64,000 nt of DNA, taken from NCBI GenBank assembly GCA_964455665.1, contig CAYVYL010000002.1, positions 2,140-66,139 on the forward strand, written 5' to 3'. Numbering within the stretch: position 1 is the stretch's first letter; each line of letters begins with the position of its first letter. Of this stretch, positions 47,709 to 56,561 are shown in pieces. Position numbers and translations under genes: made by a program. This DNA comes from an uncultured Verrucomicrobiota bacterium. Its GTDB lineage: Bacteria; Verrucomicrobiota; Kiritimatiellia; Kiritimatiellales; Tichowtungiaceae. Under the pieces are notes generated by a model. The model ran no database searches. It saw only the letters and a program-made list of their open reading frames with translations, and was not told the DNA's origin.

Positions 47709-49442
47709 ATGAAAAAAGAGATCCAACCGATCGAAAAACAACTCTCCGACTGGTGCGCCGAAACCTTCGCGACCTGCTTCCCCGAAACGGATCTGAGCGA
47801 AATTCACCTCGGCGTCAACGCCAGCCGCAACGAACAGTTCGGCGACTACCAGTGCGACGCCGCCATGAAGCTCGCTAAAGCACTCGGCAGCAACCCGCGC
47901 GCCATTGGCCAGACCTTCGTCGACAGCGCCACCCTGCCCGACATGGTTGAAAAGATCGAAATCGCCGGCCCCGGCTTCGTCAACATCACGCTTAAAAGCG
48001 AAGGCCTCGCCGACCAACTGACCGCCATGCTCGCCGACGACAAACTCGGCCTTCCAAACATTGGAAACAACCAAACCGTCATCATCGACTACTCCAGCCC
48101 CAACGTCGCCAAGCCGATGCACATCGGCCACATCCGCTCGACGGTCATCGGCAACTCCATCGACCGCCTCTACCGGGCGCTGGGCTACAACGTCATCGCC
48201 GACAACCATCTCGGCGACTGGGGAACCCAGTTCGGCCTCATCATTCTCGGCTACCGCGAATTCGCCGACCCCGAAGCGCTCAAGACCGCGCCCGTCGAAG
48301 AACTCGAACGCATCTACGTCACTAGCTACAACAGGTCAAAAGAGGACGCCACCTGGCGCGACCGCGCCAAAGCCGAGCTCGTCAAACTCCAGCAGGGCGA
48401 CAAAGAAAACCGCGCGCTGTGGGAAGAATTTATCAAACTCACTCTCGCTGAATTCGACAAAACCTACAAACGCCTCGACGTCTCCTTCGACCTAACCCGC
48501 GGTGAAAGTTTCTATAACGATGACCTCGCTGGAACCGTCGAAAAACTCGACGCAGCGGGTCTGTCCGAAGAATCCGACGGCGCACTCATCTGCAACCTCG
48601 AAGACGACGGCCTCAACGTTGCCATCGTCCGCAAATCCGATGGCGGCTTTAACTACACCACCACCGATATCGCCACCGTCGCCTCGCGCACCGAAGAATT
48701 CGCACCCGCCGAAATCATCTACGTCACCGACGACCGCCAGCAGCTCCATTTCCGTCAATTCTTCCACCTCTGCAAGAAGCTCGGCCTCGACACAAAACTC
48801 ACCCACATTTATTTCGGCCTCATGCGCCTGCCCGAAGCCACCTTCTCCACCCGCGAAGGCAACGTCATCAAACTCGAAGCCCTACTCGACGAAGCCGAAG
48901 CGCGCGCCCTCGAAGTGGTCAAAAAATCGAGTCCTGACATGGACGAAGCGCAACAACGTGAAGTCGCCCGCGCCGTCGGCATCGGCGCCATCAAATACAC
49001 CGACCTCAGCCAAAATCCAACGAGCCTCGTCACCTTCACCTGGGAAAAAGCGCTCGCCATGGACGGCAACTCCGCGCCCTACCTGCAATACGCCTACGCG
49101 CGCATCGCATCCGTCCGCGACAAATACGCCGCCAAATTCCCCGACATCAACCCCGACGAATTCCCGATTGTTCTCACCGAAGAACAGGAACGCCGCCTGG
49201 CTCTGAAAATCACCCGCTACCCGGCGGCCGTCGAATCCGCCGCGCGTCTGCACCGCCCCAGCGTCATGGCCGACTACCTCTATGACCTCTCGCAGGCCTA
49301 CAGCTCCTTCTACCAAAACGTCCCGTTCCTCAAAGCCGACCAAGGCCCGCGCGAAAGCCGCATCCGCCTCTGCGAACTGACGGCGTCGGTTCTCAAAAAC
49401 GGACTCGCACTACTAGGGATCGAAACTCCCGAACGAATCTAA
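47709..49442 (+). CDS. argS: Arginine--tRNA ligase
   Basis: Class I HIGH motif PNVAKPMHIGHIRS and conserved blocks through the C-terminal LLGIETPERI. ATG at 47709; the ORF's upstream extension is antisense to the H1-like gene. Confidence 0.94.
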   Translation: MKKEIQPIEKQLSDWCAETFATCFPETDLSEIHLGVNASRNEQFGDYQCDAAMKLAKALGSNPRAIGQTFVDSATLPDMVEKIEIAGPGFVNITLKSEGLADQLTAMLADDKLGLPNIGNNQTVIIDYSSPNVAKPMHIGHIRSTVIGNSIDRLYRALGYNVIADNHLGDWGTQFGLIILGYREFADPEALKTAPVEELERIYVTSYNRSKEDATWRDRAKAELVKLQQGDKENRALWEEFIKLTLAEFDKTYKRLDVSFDLTRGESFYNDDLAGTVEKLDAAGLSEESDGALICNLEDDGLNVAIVRKSDGGFNYTTTDIATVASRTEEFAPAEIIYVTDDRQQLHFRQFFHLCKKLGLDTKLTHIYFGLMRLPEATFSTREGNVIKLEALLDEAEARALEVVKKSSPDMDEAQQREVARAVGIGAIKYTDLSQNPTSLVTFTWEKALAMDGNSAPYLQYAYARIASVRDKYAAKFPDINPDEFPIVLTEEQERRLALKITRYPAAVESAARLHRPSVMADYLYDLSQAYSSFYQNVPFLKADQGPRESRIRLCELTASVLKNGLALLGIETPERI

Positions 49443-49633
49443 AGGGAAAGACCTGAGGCTATAGGCTTGAGACCTAAGGTTTGAAAAAGTAGACGCGGTG
49501 TCTCCACCGCGTTTCCAATGGTGAACCACTCTCGATGGTCGTTATTTTTCCTTCAGAAAAATTATCTATCGCTACGCTTTCGGGGAAAAACACCGTGCGA
49601 CGTTTCCAAACCCTTGGAACATGATTAAATAAT

Positions 49634-49880
49634 AGGACTGACAGGAATGGCACTTAGTTAAGGAGTTTTTTAACCGCGGATTACGCTGCTATGCGCAGAT
49701 CAAGCAGGAACATTCTTTTAGGGCTCAACAGCTTGAACGTCGGATTAGAAATGTGTTTTTCAAAAGGGTTTATCCATATTCTATCCGTATACATCCGCGT
49801 AATCTGCGGTAAATTAAAATTGTTGCCGCATTTTTGAAGCACTGGAAGATCTCTAAACTAAATGCCATTCAGGACTGACA
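49634..49880. mobile_element. MITE-like inverted-repeat element, copy 1 (227 bp plus 10-bp direct repeats)
   Basis: Direct repeat AGGACTGACA at 49634-49643 and 49871-49880. Terminal inverted repeats GAATGGCACTTAGTT (49645-49659) and AACTAAATGCCATTC (49856-49870) match 14/15. Internal second inverted repeat ACCGCGGATTACGC / GCGTAATCTGCGGT. Confidence 0.65.
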
Positions 49881-50013
49881 CCGGCCCACTACACCCATTG
49901 ATTTAATGCCAAACAGTATAAGCATTCCAAACTGTGGGAAACTAAACGCTTGCCAACTGACCGGTTCTGCTGTAGAACCAATTTTGCATTAAATAGTTTT
50001 ACAGGAGAACCGT

Positions 50014-51183
50014 ATGTCTTCCATTACAGATGCGATTAAACGGGCGGAGCAAATTCAGGCACGGCTGCTGACCCATCAGCCGGAGCGACTGCGCGACTGG
50101 TCCGAGAATTTCGAAATGCCGCAACGAGCGGGGCTTCTCTCCGGCCCGCGCGGTGTGGGGAAAACCACGTGGATGCTTTCCCAGATCGAAAAACATCACC
50201 TGCTCTATTTCTCAGCAGACAACCCCGTTCTAAGCACCACGCATCTCTTTGATCTGCTGGAGGGAATTTTTATGCGCGGCTACGAGGGCGTGCTCGTTGA
50301 CGAAGTCCATTACGCAACCGACTGGGCGCGTCACCTGAAGGCAGCATACGATGCGTTTCCAAATCATAAAATTCTGGCCAGCGACTCCAGCACAGTGGTT
50401 CTCCGGAAAGAAATGTCCGATCTCTCCCGCCGTTTTCCAGCGCACACCATGCCGCTCCTCTCTTTCCGCGAGTTTCTCATGCTCAAATTAAACCGTTCGA
50501 TCAGCCCGATTGATCCATTCAACCCCGCTACATCCGATGTGCAGGCGTTGGTCAAACAAGTCAATGTTCTTCGGCTTTTCCGAGACTATTTAAACGGCGG
50601 ATTCCGTCCGTTTTTTATGGAGGACAGCCAGTTATACCAAGAGAAGGTGATGAATACGGTTACCAAAACCATGGAGTCGGATATCCCTTTTCTTGTCCCT
50701 CAAATCACAGAGAATCATCTCCGGATCATGCATGCCGTGATTGGATATTTGGCCGTATCGACTGTACCCACCCTGCAAGTGAACTCACTCTGCCGGGAAT
50801 GGGGAATCGGAAAGGAAAAGCTCTATCAATTGCTGACGGCGATGGAACGCGCCCATTTGCTCCGAATTGTCCGAAAACGGAATGATACGAAAATGAACTC
50901 CGTCGGCGCAAAACTGCTACTGCACGAACCTTCTGTTTACAACTTTTTCGGTCACAATGAAGGCACCCAGCGGGAGGCCTATGTCGCCACCGCATTTTCC
51001 GATGCGGGGTATCGTCTGTTTGCCGCCACCAACGAGACCGATTGCGACTTTATGGTGAATGACATCCGCATCGAAGTGGGAGGACGGACAAAAAAGGCGA
51101 AATCCGCCGACTTTGTAGTTCGGGATAACGCGGATCTCCCGTCCGGTAAGATTCTTCCGATGTGGTTGATCGGCCTCTATTAA
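50014..51183 (+). CDS. AAA+ superfamily ATPase (COG1373-like, nuclease-like C-terminal domain)
   Basis: Walker A GPRGVGKTT and Walker B VLVDEVH. AGGAGA RBS. 389 aa, about 50% G+C in one spot count. Confidence 0.75.
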   Translation: MSSITDAIKRAEQIQARLLTHQPERLRDWSENFEMPQRAGLLSGPRGVGKTTWMLSQIEKHHLLYFSADNPVLSTTHLFDLLEGIFMRGYEGVLVDEVHYATDWARHLKAAYDAFPNHKILASDSSTVVLRKEMSDLSRRFPAHTMPLLSFREFLMLKLNRSISPIDPFNPATSDVQALVKQVNVLRLFRDYLNGGFRPFFMEDSQLYQEKVMNTVTKTMESDIPFLVPQITENHLRIMHAVIGYLAVSTVPTLQVNSLCREWGIGKEKLYQLLTAMERAHLLRIVRKRNDTKMNSVGAKLLLHEPSVYNFFGHNEGTQREAYVATAFSDAGYRLFAATNETDCDFMVNDIRIEVGGRTKKAKSADFVVRDNADLPSGKILPMWLIGLY

Positions 51184-51214
51184 CCCATTTAGGAATAGTT
51201 TTACCCCATTCCTA

Positions 51215-51328
51215 AAAGCCGACCAAGGCCCCCGCGAAAGCCGCTACCCGGCGGCCGTTGAAATGGCCGCCTCCGTTCTCAAAAACGGACTAACACTGTT
51301 AGGCATTGAGACTCCGGAACGTATTTAG
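51215..51328 (+). pseudogene. Degenerate second copy of the argS 3' end
   Basis: Reads KADQGPRESRYPAAVEMAASVLKNGLTLLGIETPERI*, against the argS C-terminus KADQGPRESRIRLCELTASVLKNGLALLGIETPERI* (49333-49442). No upstream ORF is attached. Confidence 0.8.
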
Positions 51329-51568
51329 TACGAGGTCACACATTGTAGGACGCGGTTGCCACTCCCTACGGTCGTTGCTTCGCAATAGCGAAGCCTCTCT
51401 CCCGCTGGTCGAGTCCCGTATTCGGGAGCGTGTGTGCTTCTGCTCGTGCATGGGACACAGGCTCTCTGAGTACAGAGAAGCCTGTCCTACATAAATATGC
51501 CAACAACCCGACTTCCCAATCATTGGAGATTTGAAACCGCGAAAAAACAGCGAAGGGGTCAGGCGAAG

Positions 51569-51760
51569 AGGTCAGTCCGGAATGGCACTAAGTTAAGAGA
51601 ATTTGAACGAGAGCTGATCATTTTTTTACAGAAGGCAACGAAGGGCCTTACGGCCTGTCATTATTCATCATTGCTTCTGCTCCACTTCGTTTTCTTCGTT
51701 GCCTTCTGTAGGATATCTGGGTTTGAAATGAGCTTAACTTAGCGCCATTCAGGTCAGTCC
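51569..51760. mobile_element. MITE-like inverted-repeat element, copy 2
   Basis: Direct repeat AGGTCAGTCC at 51569-51578 and 51751-51760. Terminal inverted repeats GAATGGCACTAAGTTAAG (51580-51597) and CTTAACTTAGCGCCATTC (51733-51750) match 17/18. The interior differs from copy 1 but also holds a perfect 16-bp inverted repeat (ACAGAAGGCAACGAAG / CTTCGTTGCCTTCTGT). Confidence 0.65.
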
Positions 51761-52250
51761 GAGAATTCAGGAATCCCTGCACTCCGCCCTTCGTGTTCTT
51801 AGCGTCTTCCGTCTCCGCTCTGCGAGCTTCCGCCTTCGTACAACTACGGCGCGACAGGTCGCCGCGACACGTCGCGGTCATCACTTTTTCCATCCGTCTT
51901 CGCTGAGGCTTCCTCCTTCGCTAAAGCTATGGCGGGACAGGCCGGCGCGATAAGATGTTTTAAATATCTGCGCCCATCCGCGTCATCTGCGGTTAAAATT
52001 CTCCCGAACCTTGGAAACCTCTTCACCAACCTGCTGAAAAATATTCGCAGCACAAATATTTCAAAGAACCTCCATGACGAAATAATAGAATTGTCACCGA
52101 ATATTTACATTTGAGCGATTCAATGAGATTCTGTTCGGGAAGCAGCATTCTTGATCGTACCTCAAATGGGAGGAACGATGTCCTCTGAATTCGCGTCGAT
52201 CCTCCCAAAGAAAACGAAAGATTCGAAGAGCTTCAAAATGGGAAACACAC

Positions 52251-54554
52251 ATGAAGACCAAGGAACCCTCAACACCATCTACAATAAAGCGCATTGCTTT
52301 TGTGGGAAATTATCTTCCCCGGAAGTGCGGTATTGCAACCTTCACGACCGACCTCTGTGAGGCGATCGCAACCGAACACCCCACCACGACCTGCTTCGCC
52401 ATTCCCGTTAATGATGTCGAATCCGGCTATAACTATCCGCCCCGCGTTCGGTTTGAATTATTGGAAAAAGATATCGATTCCTATCGGCGTGCCGCAGACT
52501 TTCTCAATATCAACAACGTAGACGCCGTTTGCATTCAACACGAGTACGGCATTTTTGGTGGACCCTCGGGCAGTCATATTCTGGCACTGATGCACGAATT
52601 ACGCATGCCGATCATCACAACTCTGCATACGATTTTGAAGGACCCCTCGCCCGAACAAAAACGGGTGTTGGGGAAGGTGGCCAAACTCTCGGACCGCTTA
52701 GTATCGATCAGTCGTCACGGGGCTGATTTTTTACAGAACACCTACGGCGTTCCTCGGGAAAAGATTGATCTGATTCCACATGGAGTGCCGGACATTCCCT
52801 TTGTGGATCCCAATTTTCAAAAGGATCTGTTCGGGGTGGAGGGAAAGATGGTTCTGCTCAGCTTTGGGCTCCTCTCGCCCAATAAGGGAATTGAAACGGT
52901 TATCTCGGCACTGCCGGCAATTGTGGAACAGCATCCCGACGTGGTCTATATGATTGTCGGGGCCACTCACCCCCATGTCCTCCAACAAGATGGCGAATCC
53001 TATCGGCTTTCCTTACAACGGCTCGCCCAAGAATTGGGCGTGGACGGGAACGTGATCTTCCACAACAGCTTTGTCACGCTAGAGGAACTGGTCAAATTCA
53101 TTGGGATCGCGGATCTTTATATCACGCCCTACCTCAACGAGGGGCAAATTTCATCGGGAACACTGGCCTACACCGTTGGGGCGGGTAAGGCGATTGTTTC
53201 GACGCCCTATTGGTATGCGCAGGAACTTCTGGCGGACGGGCGGGGCGTCCTGTTTCCATTCAGTGATCCAACCGCATTAGCCGCCGAGGTGATCAATTTG
53301 CTGGACAATGAAACCCAGCGGCATGCCATGCGAAAAAAGGCCTATCTGCTTGGCCGGGACATGATCTGGCCGAACGTAGCGCAACAGTATATGCAAAGTT
53401 TCGAACGGGCGCACACTGAACACCGGTACGCTATGCCGACCGATTTTGTGGTCAAGCCACTCGCACGACGCCCCGGCGAGCTCCCTCTCCTCAAGTTCGA
53501 CCATCTACGGCGCATGACAGACGACACCGGCATAATTCAGCATGCCACATTCATGGTGCCCAACTACCATGAGGGCTACAGCATCGACGACAATGCCCGC
53601 GCGTTGATTGTCAGCAAGCTTTCGGCCGAACTGGAATTGGGCGATGAACAGGCCCTGGTACTGGCTACGCGTTATCTCGCCTTTATCAACTATGCCTTCA
53701 ATGAAAAAACAGGACGCTTCCGCAATTTCATGGACTACCAGCGCAACTGGTTAGAAAAAAGCGGATCGGACGACAGCCATGGACGCACCTTATGGTCGTT
53801 GGGAACCGTACTGGGCCACTCCCTTTCACCGTCTGTGCGCGGCATCGCCAGCAAGTTATTTGAGCAGGCCCTACCCGCCATACTCGAAACCACCAGCCCG
53901 CGCGCGTGGGCCTTTGCTTTACTGGGTATCCACGAATACCTGCGGCGCTTCGAGGGCGACCGGTTGGTCAATCAGGTCCGCAACCAACTGGCGGATCGCC
54001 TCGTTGGGTTATATCAAAACAATCGCTCCGATGAATGGTGTTGGTATGAAGATCGGCTGGCCTATTCCAATGCCGTACTCCCGCATGCCATGCTGATGTG
54101 CGGACAATGGATCCCCAACAACCCCATGGCTGAAATTGGATTGGAATCACTTTGTTGGCTTGCGGACCAACAGCGGGCTGACTCTCCGAAAAACCATTTT
54201 GTACCGATTGGCTCCAACGGCTTCTACGTACAGGGCGGGAAACGAGCCCGATTTGATCAACAGCCGTTGGAGGCGCAAGGGATGGTTTCCGCCTGCCTCG
54301 AAGCCTATCGCTACACTGGGAAGGAAAGCTGGATGAAGGAAGCGCGGTGCGCTTTCGAATGGTTTCTTGGGCGCAACGACCTGAACCTACCCCTATACGA
54401 TCCGACAACCGGCGGATGCCGCGATGGCCTCCACCCCGATCGTCAAAATGAAAACCAAGGAGCCGAATCCACATTGGCTTTTCTCCACGCCCTGATTGAA
54501 CTCCGGTTGGCTGAAAACACCATCCAAGAAGATCGTACAGAAAAAAAGAGATAA
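52251..54554 (+). CDS. GT4 glycosyltransferase fused to a C-terminal alpha/alpha-toroid (six-hairpin glycosidase-like) domain
   Basis: 767 aa. N-terminal half has the GT4 layout (KRIAFVGNYLPRKCGIATF...; C-terminal Rossmann half with an E-x7-E-like region). The roughly 350-aa C-terminal domain call is by composition and recall only. Confidence 0.7.
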   Translation: MKTKEPSTPSTIKRIAFVGNYLPRKCGIATFTTDLCEAIATEHPTTTCFAIPVNDVESGYNYPPRVRFELLEKDIDSYRRAADFLNINNVDAVCIQHEYGIFGGPSGSHILALMHELRMPIITTLHTILKDPSPEQKRVLGKVAKLSDRLVSISRHGADFLQNTYGVPREKIDLIPHGVPDIPFVDPNFQKDLFGVEGKMVLLSFGLLSPNKGIETVISALPAIVEQHPDVVYMIVGATHPHVLQQDGESYRLSLQRLAQELGVDGNVIFHNSFVTLEELVKFIGIADLYITPYLNEGQISSGTLAYTVGAGKAIVSTPYWYAQELLADGRGVLFPFSDPTALAAEVINLLDNETQRHAMRKKAYLLGRDMIWPNVAQQYMQSFERAHTEHRYAMPTDFVVKPLARRPGELPLLKFDHLRRMTDDTGIIQHATFMVPNYHEGYSIDDNARALIVSKLSAELELGDEQALVLATRYLAFINYAFNEKTGRFRNFMDYQRNWLEKSGSDDSHGRTLWSLGTVLGHSLSPSVRGIASKLFEQALPAILETTSPRAWAFALLGIHEYLRRFEGDRLVNQVRNQLADRLVGLYQNNRSDEWCWYEDRLAYSNAVLPHAMLMCGQWIPNNPMAEIGLESLCWLADQQRADSPKNHFVPIGSNGFYVQGGKRARFDQQPLEAQGMVSACLEAYRYTGKESWMKEARCAFEWFLGRNDLNLPLYDPTTGGCRDGLHPDRQNENQGAESTLAFLHALIELRLAENTIQEDRTEKKR

Positions 54555-54558
54555 TCTT

Positions 54559-55605
54559 ATGCGTATTGCGATGCTCGCCCCAATTGCTTGGCGCACGCCC
54601 CCTCGCCACTACGGCCCGTGGGAAAGCGTCGTTTCGCTCCTCAGTGAGGGGCTCATTGATCGCGGGGTCGATGTCACCTTGTTCGCCACCGGTGATTCCA
54701 AAACCCGAGGAAAACTACATGCGGTCTGCGCACAGGGCTACGAAGAAGACCCCGACATCATCCCTAAGGTATGGGAAGGTTTGCATATCTCCGAGGTTTT
54801 TGAACACGCGAACGAATTCGACCTCATCCACAACCACTTTGATTTTCTACCCCTCACCTATTCCGGCTTAGTGGAAACTCCCGTCATCACCACCATCCAC
54901 GGATTTTCATCGCCCGGCATTTTGCCGGTTTACAAAAAATACAACCGGCGGGTGGCCTATGTATCCATCAGCGACGCCGATCGCTCCCCGGAGCTGGATT
55001 ACATCGGAACCATCCATCATGGCATCGACCTGCATCAATTTGACTTCCAGCCTAACCCCGAAGGGTACTTGCTGTTTTTCGGTCGCATCCATCCCGACAA
55101 GGGAGCCAAGGAAGCCATCGAGATTGCCCGGAAAAGCAATCAAAAGCTAATTCTTGCAGGCATCATCCAGGACGAAGTGTACTATCAACAGCATGTTGAG
55201 CCCTATCTCGACAACGTTCAGGTGAGCTACGTCGGCAATGTCGGACCCATCCGTCGTAACCAATTGCTTGGGGGTGCGTCCGCGTTGTTACATCCAATTC
55301 ACTTTGACGAACCGTTCGGGTTATCCATCATCGAGGCCATGGCCTGCGGGACTCCCACGATTGCCTTCAATCGAGGCAGTATGCCGGAACTGATCCATCC
55401 TGGGGAAAACGGTTTTCTGGTGAACAATTGCAGCGAAGCCGTCAAATGCGTATCCCGAATACAAGAGATTGATCGGTCGCAATGCCGCAACGCAGTGGAA
55501 CGAAAATTTACTGTCAGTCGTATGGCTGATGAATACATCAAAGTCTATCAAAAGTTGCTTGAATCCCCGCCGGGCGGCGAAGGGAAAACGGAGGTTGAAG
55601 AATGA
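54559..55605 (+). CDS. GT4 family glycosyltransferase
   Basis: MRIAMLAPIAWRTPPRHYGPWE, GRIHPDKG and EPFGLSIIEAMACGTP are typical GT4 (glycos_transf_1) motifs. ATG lies 4 nt after the upstream stop. Confidence 0.85.
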   Translation: MRIAMLAPIAWRTPPRHYGPWESVVSLLSEGLIDRGVDVTLFATGDSKTRGKLHAVCAQGYEEDPDIIPKVWEGLHISEVFEHANEFDLIHNHFDFLPLTYSGLVETPVITTIHGFSSPGILPVYKKYNRRVAYVSISDADRSPELDYIGTIHHGIDLHQFDFQPNPEGYLLFFGRIHPDKGAKEAIEIARKSNQKLILAGIIQDEVYYQQHVEPYLDNVQVSYVGNVGPIRRNQLLGGASALLHPIHFDEPFGLSIIEAMACGTPTIAFNRGSMPELIHPGENGFLVNNCSEAVKCVSRIQEIDRSQCRNAVERKFTVSRMADEYIKVYQKLLESPPGGEGKTEVEE

Positions 55606-56549
55606 AAATCAAAAAGGAACGTCCGTTGATCCAACGCTACAAGGAAAACCCAATTCTTACGCGGGACGATGTCCCCTATCCCGTTGGAACGGTTCACAAT
55701 GCCGGGGTCGTGAAGCACCACGATCGCTATATCATGCTTTTCAGATCACATACCCACAACGGTCGCTCCATCATCGGCAAGGCCGAAAGTCAGGATGGTT
55801 TCTCGTTCACGGTCGATCCCGAACCCTTCCTCGTGCCGGCGACCGAAGGCGTGTTTGCAGAATACGAGGCCTTCGGCGTAGAAGATCTGCGTATTACGCC
55901 CATCGAGGGGGAATACCTGTTGACCTATAGCGCCTATTCGCGCCACGGCGTCCGGATTGCCCTCGCCCGCACAAAAGATTTTGGTTCCGTCGAGCGCGTG
56001 GCGCTGATCACTCAGGCCGATCTGCGTAACGTGGTCATCTTCCCGCAAAAATTCGAGGGGCGCTATGTGCGGCTCGACCGTCCTCATTCCGAAATCACCC
56101 CTTGGTCGATCTGGATTTCCTATTCCCCCGACTTAATTCACTGGGGAGATTCCAAAATGCTCATGAAGCCCCTGCCGTATCACTGGGACGAAATGAAAAT
56201 TGGTCCTGGCGCGGTGCCCTTTAAAACCAGCGAAGGCTGGCTGCATATCTACCATGGTGTATTCAAAACCATGGCGGGCGCGGTGTATCGCCTTGGCGTA
56301 GCGCTACACGATCTTGACGATCCATCCAAAATCATCGGCATCTCCGATCGTTGGATTCTACAACCAGAAGATCCGTGGGAAGTCAGCGGATATGTACCCA
56401 ACGTCGTCTTTACCTGTGGAGCCGTTCCAGAAGACGATGGCACCGTCAAAATCTACTGGGGTGGAGCGGACACCGTTATGTGCGCGGGGACGGCGCGAAT
56501 CGACGAGCTCGTTCAACTCTGCCTCGAGTCACCTCGAAACCCTTTCTAA
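55602..56549 (+). CDS. GH130 family beta-mannoside phosphorylase/hydrolase-like protein
   Basis: NPILTRDD, VHNAGVV, GVEDLRITPIEG, NVVIFPQKFEGRYVRLDRP, GWLHIYHG, YRLGVALHDLDDPSKI, YVPNVVFTCG and IYWGGADT follow the GH130 five-bladed propeller pattern. ATGA overlap with the upstream gene. Confidence 0.85.
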   Translation: MKIKKERPLIQRYKENPILTRDDVPYPVGTVHNAGVVKHHDRYIMLFRSHTHNGRSIIGKAESQDGFSFTVDPEPFLVPATEGVFAEYEAFGVEDLRITPIEGEYLLTYSAYSRHGVRIALARTKDFGSVERVALITQADLRNVVIFPQKFEGRYVRLDRPHSEITPWSIWISYSPDLIHWGDSKMLMKPLPYHWDEMKIGPGAVPFKTSEGWLHIYHGVFKTMAGAVYRLGVALHDLDDPSKIIGISDRWILQPEDPWEVSGYVPNVVFTCGAVPEDDGTVKIYWGGADTVMCAGTARIDELVQLCLESPRNPF

Positions 56550-56561
56550 TAAGGAAAAACC

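Noticed and set aside
49644-49870. Integron attC site or sigma54 promoter within the MITE-like termini (GTTAAG...CTTAAC; TGGCAC)
   Set aside because: The GTTRRRY-like and RYYYAAC-like cores are in the wrong relative order for attC and do not fit the consensus at the last base. TGGCAC is followed by TTAGTTAAG, not N5-TTGC, so it is not a -24/-12 promoter.
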